The notes beneath the pieces are model-generated. The model did no database searches. It had not been told where the DNA came from and saw nothing but the letters and a program-made list of their open reading frames with translations. A DNA stretch of 64,000 bases from a virus (lineage: Duplodnaviria > Caudoviricetes), in IMG/VR virus record IMGVR_UViG_3300041986_000079, positions 22,938 to 86,937 of that record, one strand, 5' to 3'. The translations under genes and the position numbers were made by a program. Positions 11,401 through 20,081 of the stretch are shown piece after piece; the stretch's first letter is position 1, and each line of letters begins with the position of its first letter.

Positions 11401-14400
11401 TGATGATATTGAACTATTAGTTGGTTTTGAGCAGAGTTTATTAAAGATACAGAACAATCCTATTCGTACAGTGTATGCAGAAGACGGTTCTATTATATCT
11501 GATGATTCTATCTTAACATCAACAACAAACGGTTTACGTGATATCTGGGCAGCAACTGCTTCTACAGCTGCAAAACCATTAGCATTAAAAGGAAGTGATG
11601 AGCTTCTTGGTATTGATGATTCTGGTAATGTTGTGTTTGATACTCTAAGTAATCCGTATAAATACTTTATGTCACGTTTGACATCTGGTGGAACTATTGA
11701 AGATAAAGGAGAGGAAGCACTTGAGCGTTTAGGAATGATTGGTATTAGCTTTACTAATACTTACTTTAATGCTGATCAATACAGAACTATCGTTAATGCT
11801 TATGCTGGTATTAAAGCTGGTATAACAAAAGGAGATATCTATAGCATCCAAACTTTGTTTAGTAAGACTGGAGCTAACGCTAGTATTACAGCATTACTTA
11901 ATCTTCAGATTAATTCAACTTCTGAAGAGAATGTATTATCTCATATTACAGCTGATGGTGAAACACAATATACAATTAGTAATCCATCAACAGCTGGGTA
12001 CATTGTTAGTGCTATCAATACAGCAGCAACTCTAAAAGATTTAGTATTAGGTAACCCACAGTTTGGAACTGTAAACGAAGAGACTGGTCAAGTAACTTTA
12101 CACCCATATCAACAACGCAGCTTACTACTTAAAGCAGGTGGTTTAGTGTTTGATGAGGACGGTAATAAGCGAATGATTGAAGTAGAGTCTTCATTAGAGC
12201 AAGGTACTAAAGTACCATTCACTATTGATTACAACTTAATCAGTGGTGTAATGACTGCTGGTGTTGAAGGTAAGACTACTGCTGACTTAACTGAACCAGA
12301 TCGTTTAATGCAAGAGATTTATCACTTGACAAAGAACGTTTATTATACGGTTATTAACTCTGATAAATCATCTGAGTTTGCATTATCATTACCAAAAGCA
12401 TTCTTTGATATTGCAGATCTTACTGGACCAGACGGATTAAACAAAGTAAAATCAATCTATCAAGATCAGTTAGAAGATGAAGTTGATGCAGCTCTTGCTG
12501 AGTATGAGAGCAGTGCTAATATTCAGTATTATTCTCAAAAAGAAAAGAATGGTATAAACGATGTTAAAAAGTTAGGTCACTACAGAGATATCTTAGGTAA
12601 AGACTTAGTAAGCAAAGTTGCTGATATTGCTTCTGGTAAGCTTAACAAGAAAGTATTTGTTACAAGTAATAATGTAACTCGTGCGTTAAACGAACACATT
12701 GCAAAAGGAGCTAAGGATACTATTGCAGAGTTGGTTAAGCATGATATAATCATAAAGAAAAGCAACGGTACATATGCATCATTAAGTTTAGATGCAGCAT
12801 TCTTAGAGAAGTATCTTGGTGTATCTGATCCATACAAGATAACAGAAACACAAATCACTAACTTAGCTACGTTCTTATTTGTTAATAAAGAGATTGCTAT
12901 TACTGAGCAGCATAAGTTATTGTATGGTCACCCAGCATTATACAAAGACTTACCAAAGCGTTCAAATGGTATCAACTCTACAAAAGACGGTATCACTGAT
13001 AATAAAACTGTTCGAGCTTGGATGGATAAAAACATGCCACGTCTTGACGGTAAAGTAAGATCTAGTGAGAGTGTAGCAACAATGAAGAACCGTACTTTTG
13101 ATGATATCACAGTATCTGCTTTAAGAGCTAAAGAATATGCTGAAGTTATTTATCAAGGTATGATTGCTAATGGTGTTAAACCAGAAGCTGCATCAAAGAA
13201 ACTAGGTGTTACTTTTACAAAAGAAGGACAGTTCAGTAAGTTTATTCTTGATGAGAAAAACGGTTTTACAGGTGAGATAGCTAAGTACTTAGAAATCAAC
13301 GAAGCAGATGGTCAAGCATGGATTATGCCTGATATGTATCGTGACTTATTATTCTTAAGTAAGAAGTTAACACGTCAGCAAAAAGCTCAGATTGAATATG
13401 AGATGGCTTATGAGATTGTTACTAGAAGTAATAAACCAGAGGGTCATCCTGCAAAAGCAACTTATGATGCTGCTGTATTAGCAAAAGCAAATGAGACATT
13501 AGCAAAAGGCAATCCTGGTGCTATCTTAAACGTAATCAAACCACAGTACTTTGGTTATGCTATTGACAACAAGTTAATGCATACCGTTTTCTTAAAGAAC
13601 TCAGCTCAACCTAAGTTCTATAGATTTGTTGAAGGTACTGCGTTTGAAGAGTTTTATGTTGCTGCTCAAGATGCTCAAGATGATATTATCAACTTAACGT
13701 CTGGTCAAAAGGTAGGTGCTACTTTAAATAGTCAAGGTGGATTTAGTTCTATCTACGATGATAAAGGTAATGTTAACCTTAATAGAGATTCAAAAACAGG
13801 TAAGTTATCATTCAAAGATGCTCCATCACAAACGTTAATCATGCGTTACTTTGGTATTCAGCAAGAAGTACCTTCAGTATTTAAGCATGCAGTAGTTCGT
13901 GGTACTCAAGTATCTAAGTTGATCATGTCTAACTTTAGAGTTAGAGGTAAGTATACATCAAAAGAATCTGAAGCGTTAGTAAAAGAATACAACGATATCA
14001 TGATTGAGATGGTAAAGATAGGTAAGAAGTCTTTACTACAAGAGTTAGGTTTAACAGAACAAGCTAACGGTAATTACAAAGCAACAGATCTTTCAAAGAT
14101 TGTTACTGTATTGCGTAATGAGTTAAAGCAGCGTGAGCTACCTGATAACGTTGTTGATGCTATTAATACAATCATAAACGAAGAAGGTTATACTGAACTA
14201 GAGTATACACTTGATTCATCAACTGCACGTGAGAAGATAGATAATATCTTAAACGCTATTGTTGACTCAAGGGTTATCTCTGAGAAGATGCCAGGTAAAC
14301 CTTTGGTACAGGTAGCTAATACGATGTTTGAAACAAAAGGTCGTTCATTTGTATACCTAAAAGATAATGTCTACACAACTATCGAAGCTTCAAAGCTAGA

Positions 14401-17400
14401 TACATTATCAGAAGCAGAGAAAGCAACTGTAAGAATGGTATCAAGCGATTTATCTTTCTACAAAAAAGGTACTGGTAAGAAAGCAAAGACTTCATCAATG
14501 GAGGTTTACTTACCATGGTTTATGGAAGATCTTGTACCGTCGTCAGAGTTAAAGTTAGTTAACGGTATCTTAGAGGTAGGTAAGTATGAAATCGATCCTG
14601 CTTTATTAAAAGCTATTGGTTTCCGTATCCCAACACAGGGTATGAACTCTATTGATAGTATTACAGTCAAAGGATTCTTACCAAAAGAGATGGGTGATAT
14701 GATTGTGTTACCATCTGAGATCACTGGTAAATCAGGTTCTGACTTTGATATTGATAAGATGCAAGTATACCTTGCTAACCATTATAAAAATGGTAACAAG
14801 ATTATTGCATACAAGTGGCAAGGTAATGCTGAAAAGACTAAAGCGTACTACGAAGAGTTGTATGACAAGGGACAATTATTATCACCGTCTGACTTAGAAA
14901 AGATTGAGAAGTTCAAAGCAAAAGAAGCATCAACACCAGAAGGACGTATGATTCTTGCTATGGTAAGTAGCATGCTTGGCGAAGATAGTATTGCGGTTAG
15001 CTGGTTAGAAGGATTAAAGAATGCTGACGAGCGTAGAGCTAAGATTGTTGAAGCTTCTGTTAAAAAGGCTATACAAAACCGTTACATTGAAGTAATGAAT
15101 GACTTAGTTACTCTACCAGAGAACTTTGCTCAGTTAATTACTCCTAATACGACAGCAACGCTTAAAGGATTAGCAAATACCATTAACAAGTTAAAAGGTA
15201 AAGAAGACGATGAGAGTTTAGGTTATGCAAACTTAAGAAGTATTGTTGCCAGCTCACGTATCCGTCATAGATTCGTTAGTGGTAAAAAGCTTGTTGGTAT
15301 TGCAGCTTTGCAAATTACATCTCATATTATGTCTCAGATTGCTGGAACAAAGCTTTCTGGTTTATATAATCCTGAGCGTATCTATTATCTAGTAGGTAAA
15401 GGTATTAAAGAAAAGACTATCAACATCCGTTTGAATAATAGCTCTAACAAAGAACTATCATTGTCATTAACGGTTACTCAGAATGGGTCATTGATCTCTG
15501 ACTTATTTAACGAAGCCTTATCAGGATTTGTTGATGCAGCAAAAGATCCATTTACTTTTGACCTTAACTTAACTATGGATACTGCGTCAACGTGGTTCTA
15601 TATGCAAAGATTAGGTATTGACGTTGAGGATATTGCATACTTCTTTAATCAACCAGTATTAGATAAGTACTTTAAAGGTGTTGCTTCAAACAAGTCTTAC
15701 TTCAAAAAGATTAAAGACTTCAAGGTATACAACAAAATGCTTGCGTTAGAATCTGCTGATGAATATCTACAGTACATTCAAACTACACCTGAGTACTTAG
15801 AGATTGCTCGTGAGTTCGGTTTAGGTAAGCTAAAAGGAAGTATCCTTAATATCTATAGAGACGCTGAAGAATCAGGTGAGTACAAGTTAATGAAAGCACT
15901 TGACTTAATGCTTCAGAAGATTTATACTACTGCTCAAGATCGTAGTAAAGTAATATCAACTGATGAGTTAGTTTCTAATATAAAAGAAGGAGCAACTATT
16001 CAAGGGCAGTTAATGGCGGTTGGTTTAGCAGAAGAGGGAAGTGAAGAAGAAACAAGTATGTTATCAGGACTTTCTGAGTACGGATGGTCTCAGATTGGTG
16101 TATTAGCAGATTACTTAGAATACTCTGTTCAAGGTAATCAGTTAAACGATTATATCAGAGCTCAAGGTTACGATAACAAGAAATCAAAGAACATTAGAAC
16201 AAACAAGATTCACCAGTCACGTTGGAACAAGATTGTTAAGGATGGCTTTATTGCTAATCCAGAAGATCTATTAAACAATACGTTTATTGGTGCAATGAAA
16301 GAACAAAAGGAATCAATCATCAAGATGTTTGAACCTTTCTTTACATTGCTTGATCGTCGTTTAGATAAAGTGTTTGATCCATTAATGCGTCAACTTGAGT
16401 CAGATGTATTTATGACTGGTGCTGATATGGATGACTTAGTTGAGAAGTATCAAAACTTTGTGTTTAACTACATTATCCAGAACACAGTATATAAGAATGC
16501 ATCAGGTAAAGATGTTCGTGTTAATCGCTTCAAGAAGATGTTCTTTGGAAAAGAATCTTGGGCTATGAAGCTTCGTGATTTTAGAGAGAGTGAGGATGCA
16601 ATGGTCAGAAATAACTTGTTTATCAAGAACCTTGTACCTATCATCTCATCTAATGAAGAGATGCCAGATAATATCAAGAACTTAAGAAGTACAGAAGACA
16701 TAAATGATATCGTCGATTCAGCAAAAGAATTATTACAATATGCTGAGAACACAGGTAATCAGGAGTTAGCAGATTTCTTGAAGCAGATGGCTATTTTTGG
16801 TATCTTACAAACAGGTTTCCAAAAGAACTATAACAACTTCACGCCATTCTTACCAGTTGAGATCTATTCTGAATTGTTAAAGAATATCTTGACACGTTTT
16901 AATACAACAGTTGATGTTGACTTTAATCCTGATGTTATTTGGGAACAGTTCCATCAGAATATGTATTATGATAATAGCGTAGTTCCTACTCCACGTTTCT
17001 ATAAGTATCAAAAAGGTACAGACAATATTCTTATCTCTGCTGATTCAACAGATGTTAATCTTGACTATGTTAAGCGTAATGTTGTTGTAGTAAAAGATAA
17101 ACGTGAACAAGCTCAACTTATTCGTAATGGTAGACGTGATGAGATCTTTAACACTATCTTGTATAAGAAAGGTGGCTTAACTGCAGAAGGTGAGTATATA
17201 TACGAGCCTATTAATAAAGCAGGTCTTAAGTATAGATTAACAGAAGTATCGATAGATCCTTTTGCTCAATCAGTTATCAAAACTAATAGTGCAAATAGTA
17301 CTGGAGCATCTTCATTAAAGAAGACTAGTAACAATGTTATTGAGGCATTATTAGAAGAAGATGAAGATATTTCAGCAGAGAAGACAGGTGCTCGTCCAGT

Positions 17401-20071
17401 AGGATTAGATCTTAACACTACACAAAATGCTTCTAAGCTTATTCTATCTGGTGAGAAGACACGTATCCACGCTTACACTAACTCAGACTTAATGCGTCTT
17501 AATGAACGTGGTATTGCAACTCTTGAGGGTAAGCAGTTCTATGTTACATACAAAGGATTACAAAGTCTTGAAGAAGCTGGTGGTAAAGAAGCTGTATTAA
17601 AAGCTGAAGGAGTTACTGAAGATCAAGTAAAAGGACGTTTAGTTATTTGGATGAAAGAGAATGTAAACAACATGAAGTTACATGTTTATGATATCTCTCC
17701 AGTTGAGTCAGGTACTACACCAACTCCTCCAACTAAACCAACAGCAAAAGAACCAGTTAAAGCATCAATTGAAAAACTACGTATCCCTATTGATACAGTA
17801 ATAACTGACTTTAGTATAGTAGAAGCACAAAGCTTATTTAATTCTGCTAATCCAACTATCGATCAATATCAAGAAGTAGTAGATTTATACGAGTTTGAAT
17901 TATCTGCTGATTTACCAACAGAAGAGTTAAGAGCAAAGCTAGAGTCACAACTTGCGGATATTAAAAAGAGTTTTAAGATATCAAATGAAGAAGCTCCAAC
18001 TGAAACTTCAGTAACAGTTGTACCAACAAAAGTAGAGAATGGTATTGTTATTCCTGAGTATAGAATAGATAAGACTATCACAAACAAAGATGGTAGTAAG
18101 AGACTAGCTCATACAGATGGCACAGTAATAACTATTAATCCTGTAAAAACTGTTGACGAGTTCTTTGACTACTTTACTGGTAAAACTGGAGGAGTATCTT
18201 CAAAACAAAAAGAAGAAGTCTTAAAGCAGATGGAAGAGATTAATCCTGTATACTCTTTAGATGTATTAAAGCAGATATTAAATACTCCTAAGCTTGTCAA
18301 TCTATTCTTGATATTACATGAGCAAAGTCATATAGATAATAATGACCAAGCAGTGTACTGGAGAAACGGTAAAAACTTAATGACTCAAGATAAGATTGAT
18401 ATTGAGATTCGTGCTACTATCGAAGCTTTAGAAAAAGTACTTCGTTACATGGAAGCAGGTCAATCACAAGAGCCTAGCATTAATTCTTCTGAAGTAGGTA
18501 CATTACAAGGTAACTTACAACCTGAAACTGAATATACACCTGGTGAAAAGTATGAACTATTCCCTGGGGTATATGCTAATGAAGGACAACGTAAAGCTAT
18601 TGATGCAATGACTGCATTCTTAGAAGATCCATTTGCTAATGATTTCTTATTATCTGGTGCAGCTGGTACTGGTAAAACAACTATTGTTAAAAAAGTACTT
18701 GAAGCTTACCCTAAGAGTACTGTTGTCGGTGGAGCTATATCAGCAGATGCAAAGAACGTACTTGCAGTTAATCTTGATGGAGCGGAAGCAAAAACTCTTG
18801 CGTCATTACTTGCACTTAAACATGAATATGGTAAGGGCGGCGAATCATCGTTTAGAGAGCTTACACCTCAAGAAAGAGCTATGAAACCTGCTAACTGGGT
18901 TGAGCCGATCAAAAAGTATAAGATTATTATTGTTGATGAAGCATCAATGGTTAGCGAAGACTACGTAGATATGATTAATAAGCTACGTGCAAAAGGTTCA
19001 AAGATAATTTATCTTGGAGATAAAGCTCAGATTCCAGCTATTGAAGATGAAAATAATACAGTAGTTGGTGTTGCTGGTGTAAGAGCTGGTAAAACAACTC
19101 GAGATATAATGAAAGAAGCACAAGGTATTATCTTTAATAAACTTGAAGGAACAGAATCTCATGCGTATTTAACTGAGAGAATGCGTCAAGGTGCAGATAG
19201 TCCTATCTTGACACTTACAGATAAGTATCGTGATAATATCATGAACATGTTTGAAGGTAAAGAAGGTGTTGCGGATCCAGTAACAACTCGTACAACTGTC
19301 CTTGAAAACAATGAAGGAGTTAAATACTTTGATCGTACTGAGGAAAAAGAGATGATTACTGATTATGTTAACGAACTAATCACTAATCCAGAAGATCCAA
19401 AAGCAGCAATTCTTATCGCATCAAGAAATGCAACAGTAAATGCTTACAATGAATCGGTAAGAAAGCAGTATCTTAATACTGAGGAGGTTTTTGTACCAGG
19501 CGATAGAGTTCGTGTTAATGAAACTCATGAGATGTTCGATAACGGTATCAAAGGTATCGTAAAAGAAGTTAGCTCAAATGGTATAGATGCACAACTAGGT
19601 ATTGAAACATATCAGTTAATGGTTAAGATTGAATCTATAAACACAAAAGGTGAGCCTGTAACGGTTGTAGTTCCAATGGATACGATTGCTCCATCTGATA
19701 TGCCTGCATTTAAAGCAGTGATTAGTAAGTTGTTTGCAACAAAAAACAGAGACGATAGAGATAAAGCAATCAGATTACGTGAAAAGTATGTTAAGTTAGC
19801 TTACAATTATGCGGTAACTGTACATAAAGTACAAGGTAGTACATACAATGCAGCATATGTTATTGAGAATGATGTAATGACATTCAGTAGAAATAAGTTA
19901 CAAAACAATCGAATGATGTACACTGCTACTAGTAGACCTCGCAAAAAGTTAGTAATTTTAACTGGACAGTCTGCTGAATCTGCAGCAAGAGCATCCCTAG
20001 GTGCAAGATTCTTAGCCAAGCGTCAAGCAGCAGCTGTAATAAAAGATAAAGATAAAGGTTGCCAATCATAA
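5471..20071 (+). CDS. giant polyvalent virion RNA polymerase (crAss-type double-psi-barrel RNAP) with zincin-like, ASCH-like and C-terminal SF1 RecD/Dda-like helicase modules (4866 aa)
   Basis: RNAP motifs NEADGQAW, RGTQVSKL, GFRIPTQGMNS and catalytic GSDFDIDK (14735-14758, aa ~3089-3096). HEAFE at 10112, ILSGEKT at 17441, HEQSH at 18317. Helicase motifs GAAGTGKTT (18656), IIVDEASM, YLGDKAQI, LTERMRQ, YAVTVHKVQGSTY, MYTATSRP. Confidence 0.9.
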   Translation: MAEESQPLLTTQPNIQEVDLASYQPIATTDPLANAELESTFMASDALVKSSIADLKQSLSAPTADEMLRPIGYDPIATNKDRYTNSEYFGQLGFNPFSNNEEIYGNAQGNLNKLKNAFVGMGQLAWDQAVDQFKSWGDTFDVLGSQDISEAFKQAEMEEISRRQNAMFNANPIFETQADRESVFNFNTIATTLQQSGYAVGAMAEIAAEEVALSYLTAATFGGAAELQAARSMKLASNIAKAARRTTELAESIHTTSNMRKVFNAVNKVTKLVNPVDNVMDFASSFKALSRADELAQGVGTAARLRTAARGFGALYRDVREFNLAVSEAKAEAAGTYSELSQSMSDNFETNYGRKPTDLELKDINEQALKGAQANGAANTAIIMMSNKLSFGNILKGFKPLRYMMDEDIMKGLAVVTDKDALKLGKKVIEASDNRWLYYKNAIISNPLKYVGANLSEALQENAQSISNDAVKSWYMAKYNGQELDSKFDGIRQAAANQFTVEGAKTFISGFFTGSLLGAGAKVFEQAGSIQQYLSDKQGYTDRQTKEGTARTSIKDTINAIYANPLAYSYSKDNAAVQSNFASLLKEAAINKDKKAFNDIQDDATRQFVLTGINTGMLDLLNDRLVDYTKNLTEEEFTQAFGVEYTKENHADMVKQAQAFTQRAEQIKDIHTKLSSEYANPFNPGNYKYGTEEYIKEGMSYVAYKEAMNQLTFMQDTYQQAITRQQQVLDSIKRKPGFENVSFTDIYSLTSQPKLAEEISLLQKEADATEDAKLKGEKEAKIKSLEKYNEQLGKYLDEVNTINSSKKTPEQKATALNKALDKFTSKGLPVFTTFINDQLAKAGKLPIQDNNARSAFENLTDYFHLQNDHEALLENINYIIDPINFSKYLDRHNEEIVKLFAKRMEEKIEEEEETRKANAKKVAVDPVMDDLEGEGEGIVDNEQDTFYSRTGQDGNKPSYARAGLLKTTGSHFLDDDKTVNTENNNHNFFKFTESVAILNNDYYLVAITADNDDFGIRREDKFKEDIKLIVVKKVEDDYFPVGTDGNILENPTKDTIVYTSMMGNKTLMADMSDKKNAEAALKYIKSIYNVEEQYDDATIIEEVTLLQQFRQAIQSETKAGRPTVLDITSVSKGVKRFAELDTNGRPVEQDLQGIVIDMDTTDFRDLRHPSGESLMLKVVTIKDDPEAENVRPGSIVLIGKETNRIHRVYNRQLSEAEIANITGVLSYFTQLIGNKNRTAQQDSEFIAIKKYLSGVLHWASPLEGEATPSTMMYISDGAIYRGDQGIKFDSKTIEKKMPGMLRGTYHSVNSSLARKTDKFTEVTMVDGVPQITEYANYNEYLLSNADGRVPVLFTNERPYDSNPASSEGVQLAGRYLVYAPTEEVASEKNTVAKNKSPETVKKDKQEANEASVNDKGDLKGTSTTNPKRKWKSKATTAQDNVDSTADATPVADKPVEVSSAITSILDAADIENINQAGADAVGEDMYRLQLGPVRQTEDFFKLAVFMKRALPQVPIHKMADLIDNKAWGAFKNGAIYIYENAEIGTGFHEAFESVWNSYLTKQQQDELAKEFINQSGTFTNPFTGETKSYAEASMYDVREMLAESFRDYMLTGNLPISMPAKQKTFFQELINFIRGIFGLKELEFNEFESKINKVFTGINEGEFANAVPVRDLNKLQTVYRAIPGTSQEFTKYFLDGVTSFFFRNLYMNKKNIDALLDDSADTNALLVSLFKQSLADAETYTRGDKNEFLAEAVGRAETKLNRKLTAPEKRELFNALLNNKNTLLSRHKKLYDQLDSAFANTEQIYDLFKTRVSKYGLIFKQSDNDFSSADAGTDELKVTDNLGIKDSITIDPRKFGATNFKLLLAGLTDDYFNAKKGEIYFKRNPLQLPKSLSYDRTYAILLNELNGSVQHFRDGNIVNAIDQMFERLDAKFKIKPVSPKSKTKTYKEGYEWVQRLKVRLKYEDAFGKRVSSENLSADDIELLVGFEQSLLKIQNNPIRTVYAEDGSIISDDSILTSTTNGLRDIWAATASTAAKPLALKGSDELLGIDDSGNVVFDTLSNPYKYFMSRLTSGGTIEDKGEEALERLGMIGISFTNTYFNADQYRTIVNAYAGIKAGITKGDIYSIQTLFSKTGANASITALLNLQINSTSEENVLSHITADGETQYTISNPSTAGYIVSAINTAATLKDLVLGNPQFGTVNEETGQVTLHPYQQRSLLLKAGGLVFDEDGNKRMIEVESSLEQGTKVPFTIDYNLISGVMTAGVEGKTTADLTEPDRLMQEIYHLTKNVYYTVINSDKSSEFALSLPKAFFDIADLTGPDGLNKVKSIYQDQLEDEVDAALAEYESSANIQYYSQKEKNGINDVKKLGHYRDILGKDLVSKVADIASGKLNKKVFVTSNNVTRALNEHIAKGAKDTIAELVKHDIIIKKSNGTYASLSLDAAFLEKYLGVSDPYKITETQITNLATFLFVNKEIAITEQHKLLYGHPALYKDLPKRSNGINSTKDGITDNKTVRAWMDKNMPRLDGKVRSSESVATMKNRTFDDITVSALRAKEYAEVIYQGMIANGVKPEAASKKLGVTFTKEGQFSKFILDEKNGFTGEIAKYLEINEADGQAWIMPDMYRDLLFLSKKLTRQQKAQIEYEMAYEIVTRSNKPEGHPAKATYDAAVLAKANETLAKGNPGAILNVIKPQYFGYAIDNKLMHTVFLKNSAQPKFYRFVEGTAFEEFYVAAQDAQDDIINLTSGQKVGATLNSQGGFSSIYDDKGNVNLNRDSKTGKLSFKDAPSQTLIMRYFGIQQEVPSVFKHAVVRGTQVSKLIMSNFRVRGKYTSKESEALVKEYNDIMIEMVKIGKKSLLQELGLTEQANGNYKATDLSKIVTVLRNELKQRELPDNVVDAINTIINEEGYTELEYTLDSSTAREKIDNILNAIVDSRVISEKMPGKPLVQVANTMFETKGRSFVYLKDNVYTTIEASKLDTLSEAEKATVRMVSSDLSFYKKGTGKKAKTSSMEVYLPWFMEDLVPSSELKLVNGILEVGKYEIDPALLKAIGFRIPTQGMNSIDSITVKGFLPKEMGDMIVLPSEITGKSGSDFDIDKMQVYLANHYKNGNKIIAYKWQGNAEKTKAYYEELYDKGQLLSPSDLEKIEKFKAKEASTPEGRMILAMVSSMLGEDSIAVSWLEGLKNADERRAKIVEASVKKAIQNRYIEVMNDLVTLPENFAQLITPNTTATLKGLANTINKLKGKEDDESLGYANLRSIVASSRIRHRFVSGKKLVGIAALQITSHIMSQIAGTKLSGLYNPERIYYLVGKGIKEKTINIRLNNSSNKELSLSLTVTQNGSLISDLFNEALSGFVDAAKDPFTFDLNLTMDTASTWFYMQRLGIDVEDIAYFFNQPVLDKYFKGVASNKSYFKKIKDFKVYNKMLALESADEYLQYIQTTPEYLEIAREFGLGKLKGSILNIYRDAEESGEYKLMKALDLMLQKIYTTAQDRSKVISTDELVSNIKEGATIQGQLMAVGLAEEGSEEETSMLSGLSEYGWSQIGVLADYLEYSVQGNQLNDYIRAQGYDNKKSKNIRTNKIHQSRWNKIVKDGFIANPEDLLNNTFIGAMKEQKESIIKMFEPFFTLLDRRLDKVFDPLMRQLESDVFMTGADMDDLVEKYQNFVFNYIIQNTVYKNASGKDVRVNRFKKMFFGKESWAMKLRDFRESEDAMVRNNLFIKNLVPIISSNEEMPDNIKNLRSTEDINDIVDSAKELLQYAENTGNQELADFLKQMAIFGILQTGFQKNYNNFTPFLPVEIYSELLKNILTRFNTTVDVDFNPDVIWEQFHQNMYYDNSVVPTPRFYKYQKGTDNILISADSTDVNLDYVKRNVVVVKDKREQAQLIRNGRRDEIFNTILYKKGGLTAEGEYIYEPINKAGLKYRLTEVSIDPFAQSVIKTNSANSTGASSLKKTSNNVIEALLEEDEDISAEKTGARPVGLDLNTTQNASKLILSGEKTRIHAYTNSDLMRLNERGIATLEGKQFYVTYKGLQSLEEAGGKEAVLKAEGVTEDQVKGRLVIWMKENVNNMKLHVYDISPVESGTTPTPPTKPTAKEPVKASIEKLRIPIDTVITDFSIVEAQSLFNSANPTIDQYQEVVDLYEFELSADLPTEELRAKLESQLADIKKSFKISNEEAPTETSVTVVPTKVENGIVIPEYRIDKTITNKDGSKRLAHTDGTVITINPVKTVDEFFDYFTGKTGGVSSKQKEEVLKQMEEINPVYSLDVLKQILNTPKLVNLFLILHEQSHIDNNDQAVYWRNGKNLMTQDKIDIEIRATIEALEKVLRYMEAGQSQEPSINSSEVGTLQGNLQPETEYTPGEKYELFPGVYANEGQRKAIDAMTAFLEDPFANDFLLSGAAGTGKTTIVKKVLEAYPKSTVVGGAISADAKNVLAVNLDGAEAKTLASLLALKHEYGKGGESSFRELTPQERAMKPANWVEPIKKYKIIIVDEASMVSEDYVDMINKLRAKGSKIIYLGDKAQIPAIEDENNTVVGVAGVRAGKTTRDIMKEAQGIIFNKLEGTESHAYLTERMRQGADSPILTLTDKYRDNIMNMFEGKEGVADPVTTRTTVLENNEGVKYFDRTEEKEMITDYVNELITNPEDPKAAILIASRNATVNAYNESVRKQYLNTEEVFVPGDRVRVNETHEMFDNGIKGIVKEVSSNGIDAQLGIETYQLMVKIESINTKGEPVTVVVPMDTIAPSDMPAFKAVISKLFATKNRDDRDKAIRLREKYVKLAYNYAVTVHKVQGSTYNAAYVIENDVMTFSRNKLQNNRMMYTATSRPRKKLVILTGQSAESAARASLGARFLAKRQAAAVIKDKDKGCQS

Positions 20072-20081
20072 AATAAGAACT

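Noticed and set aside
297-20019. Short opposite-strand or alternate-frame ORFs inside the giant virion genes (e.g. 10291-10815, 12580-12858, 16468-16752)
   Set aside because: They are fully nested in long genes with clear motifs, show antisense-type composition (Leu/Ser/Phe-rich) and have no start context.
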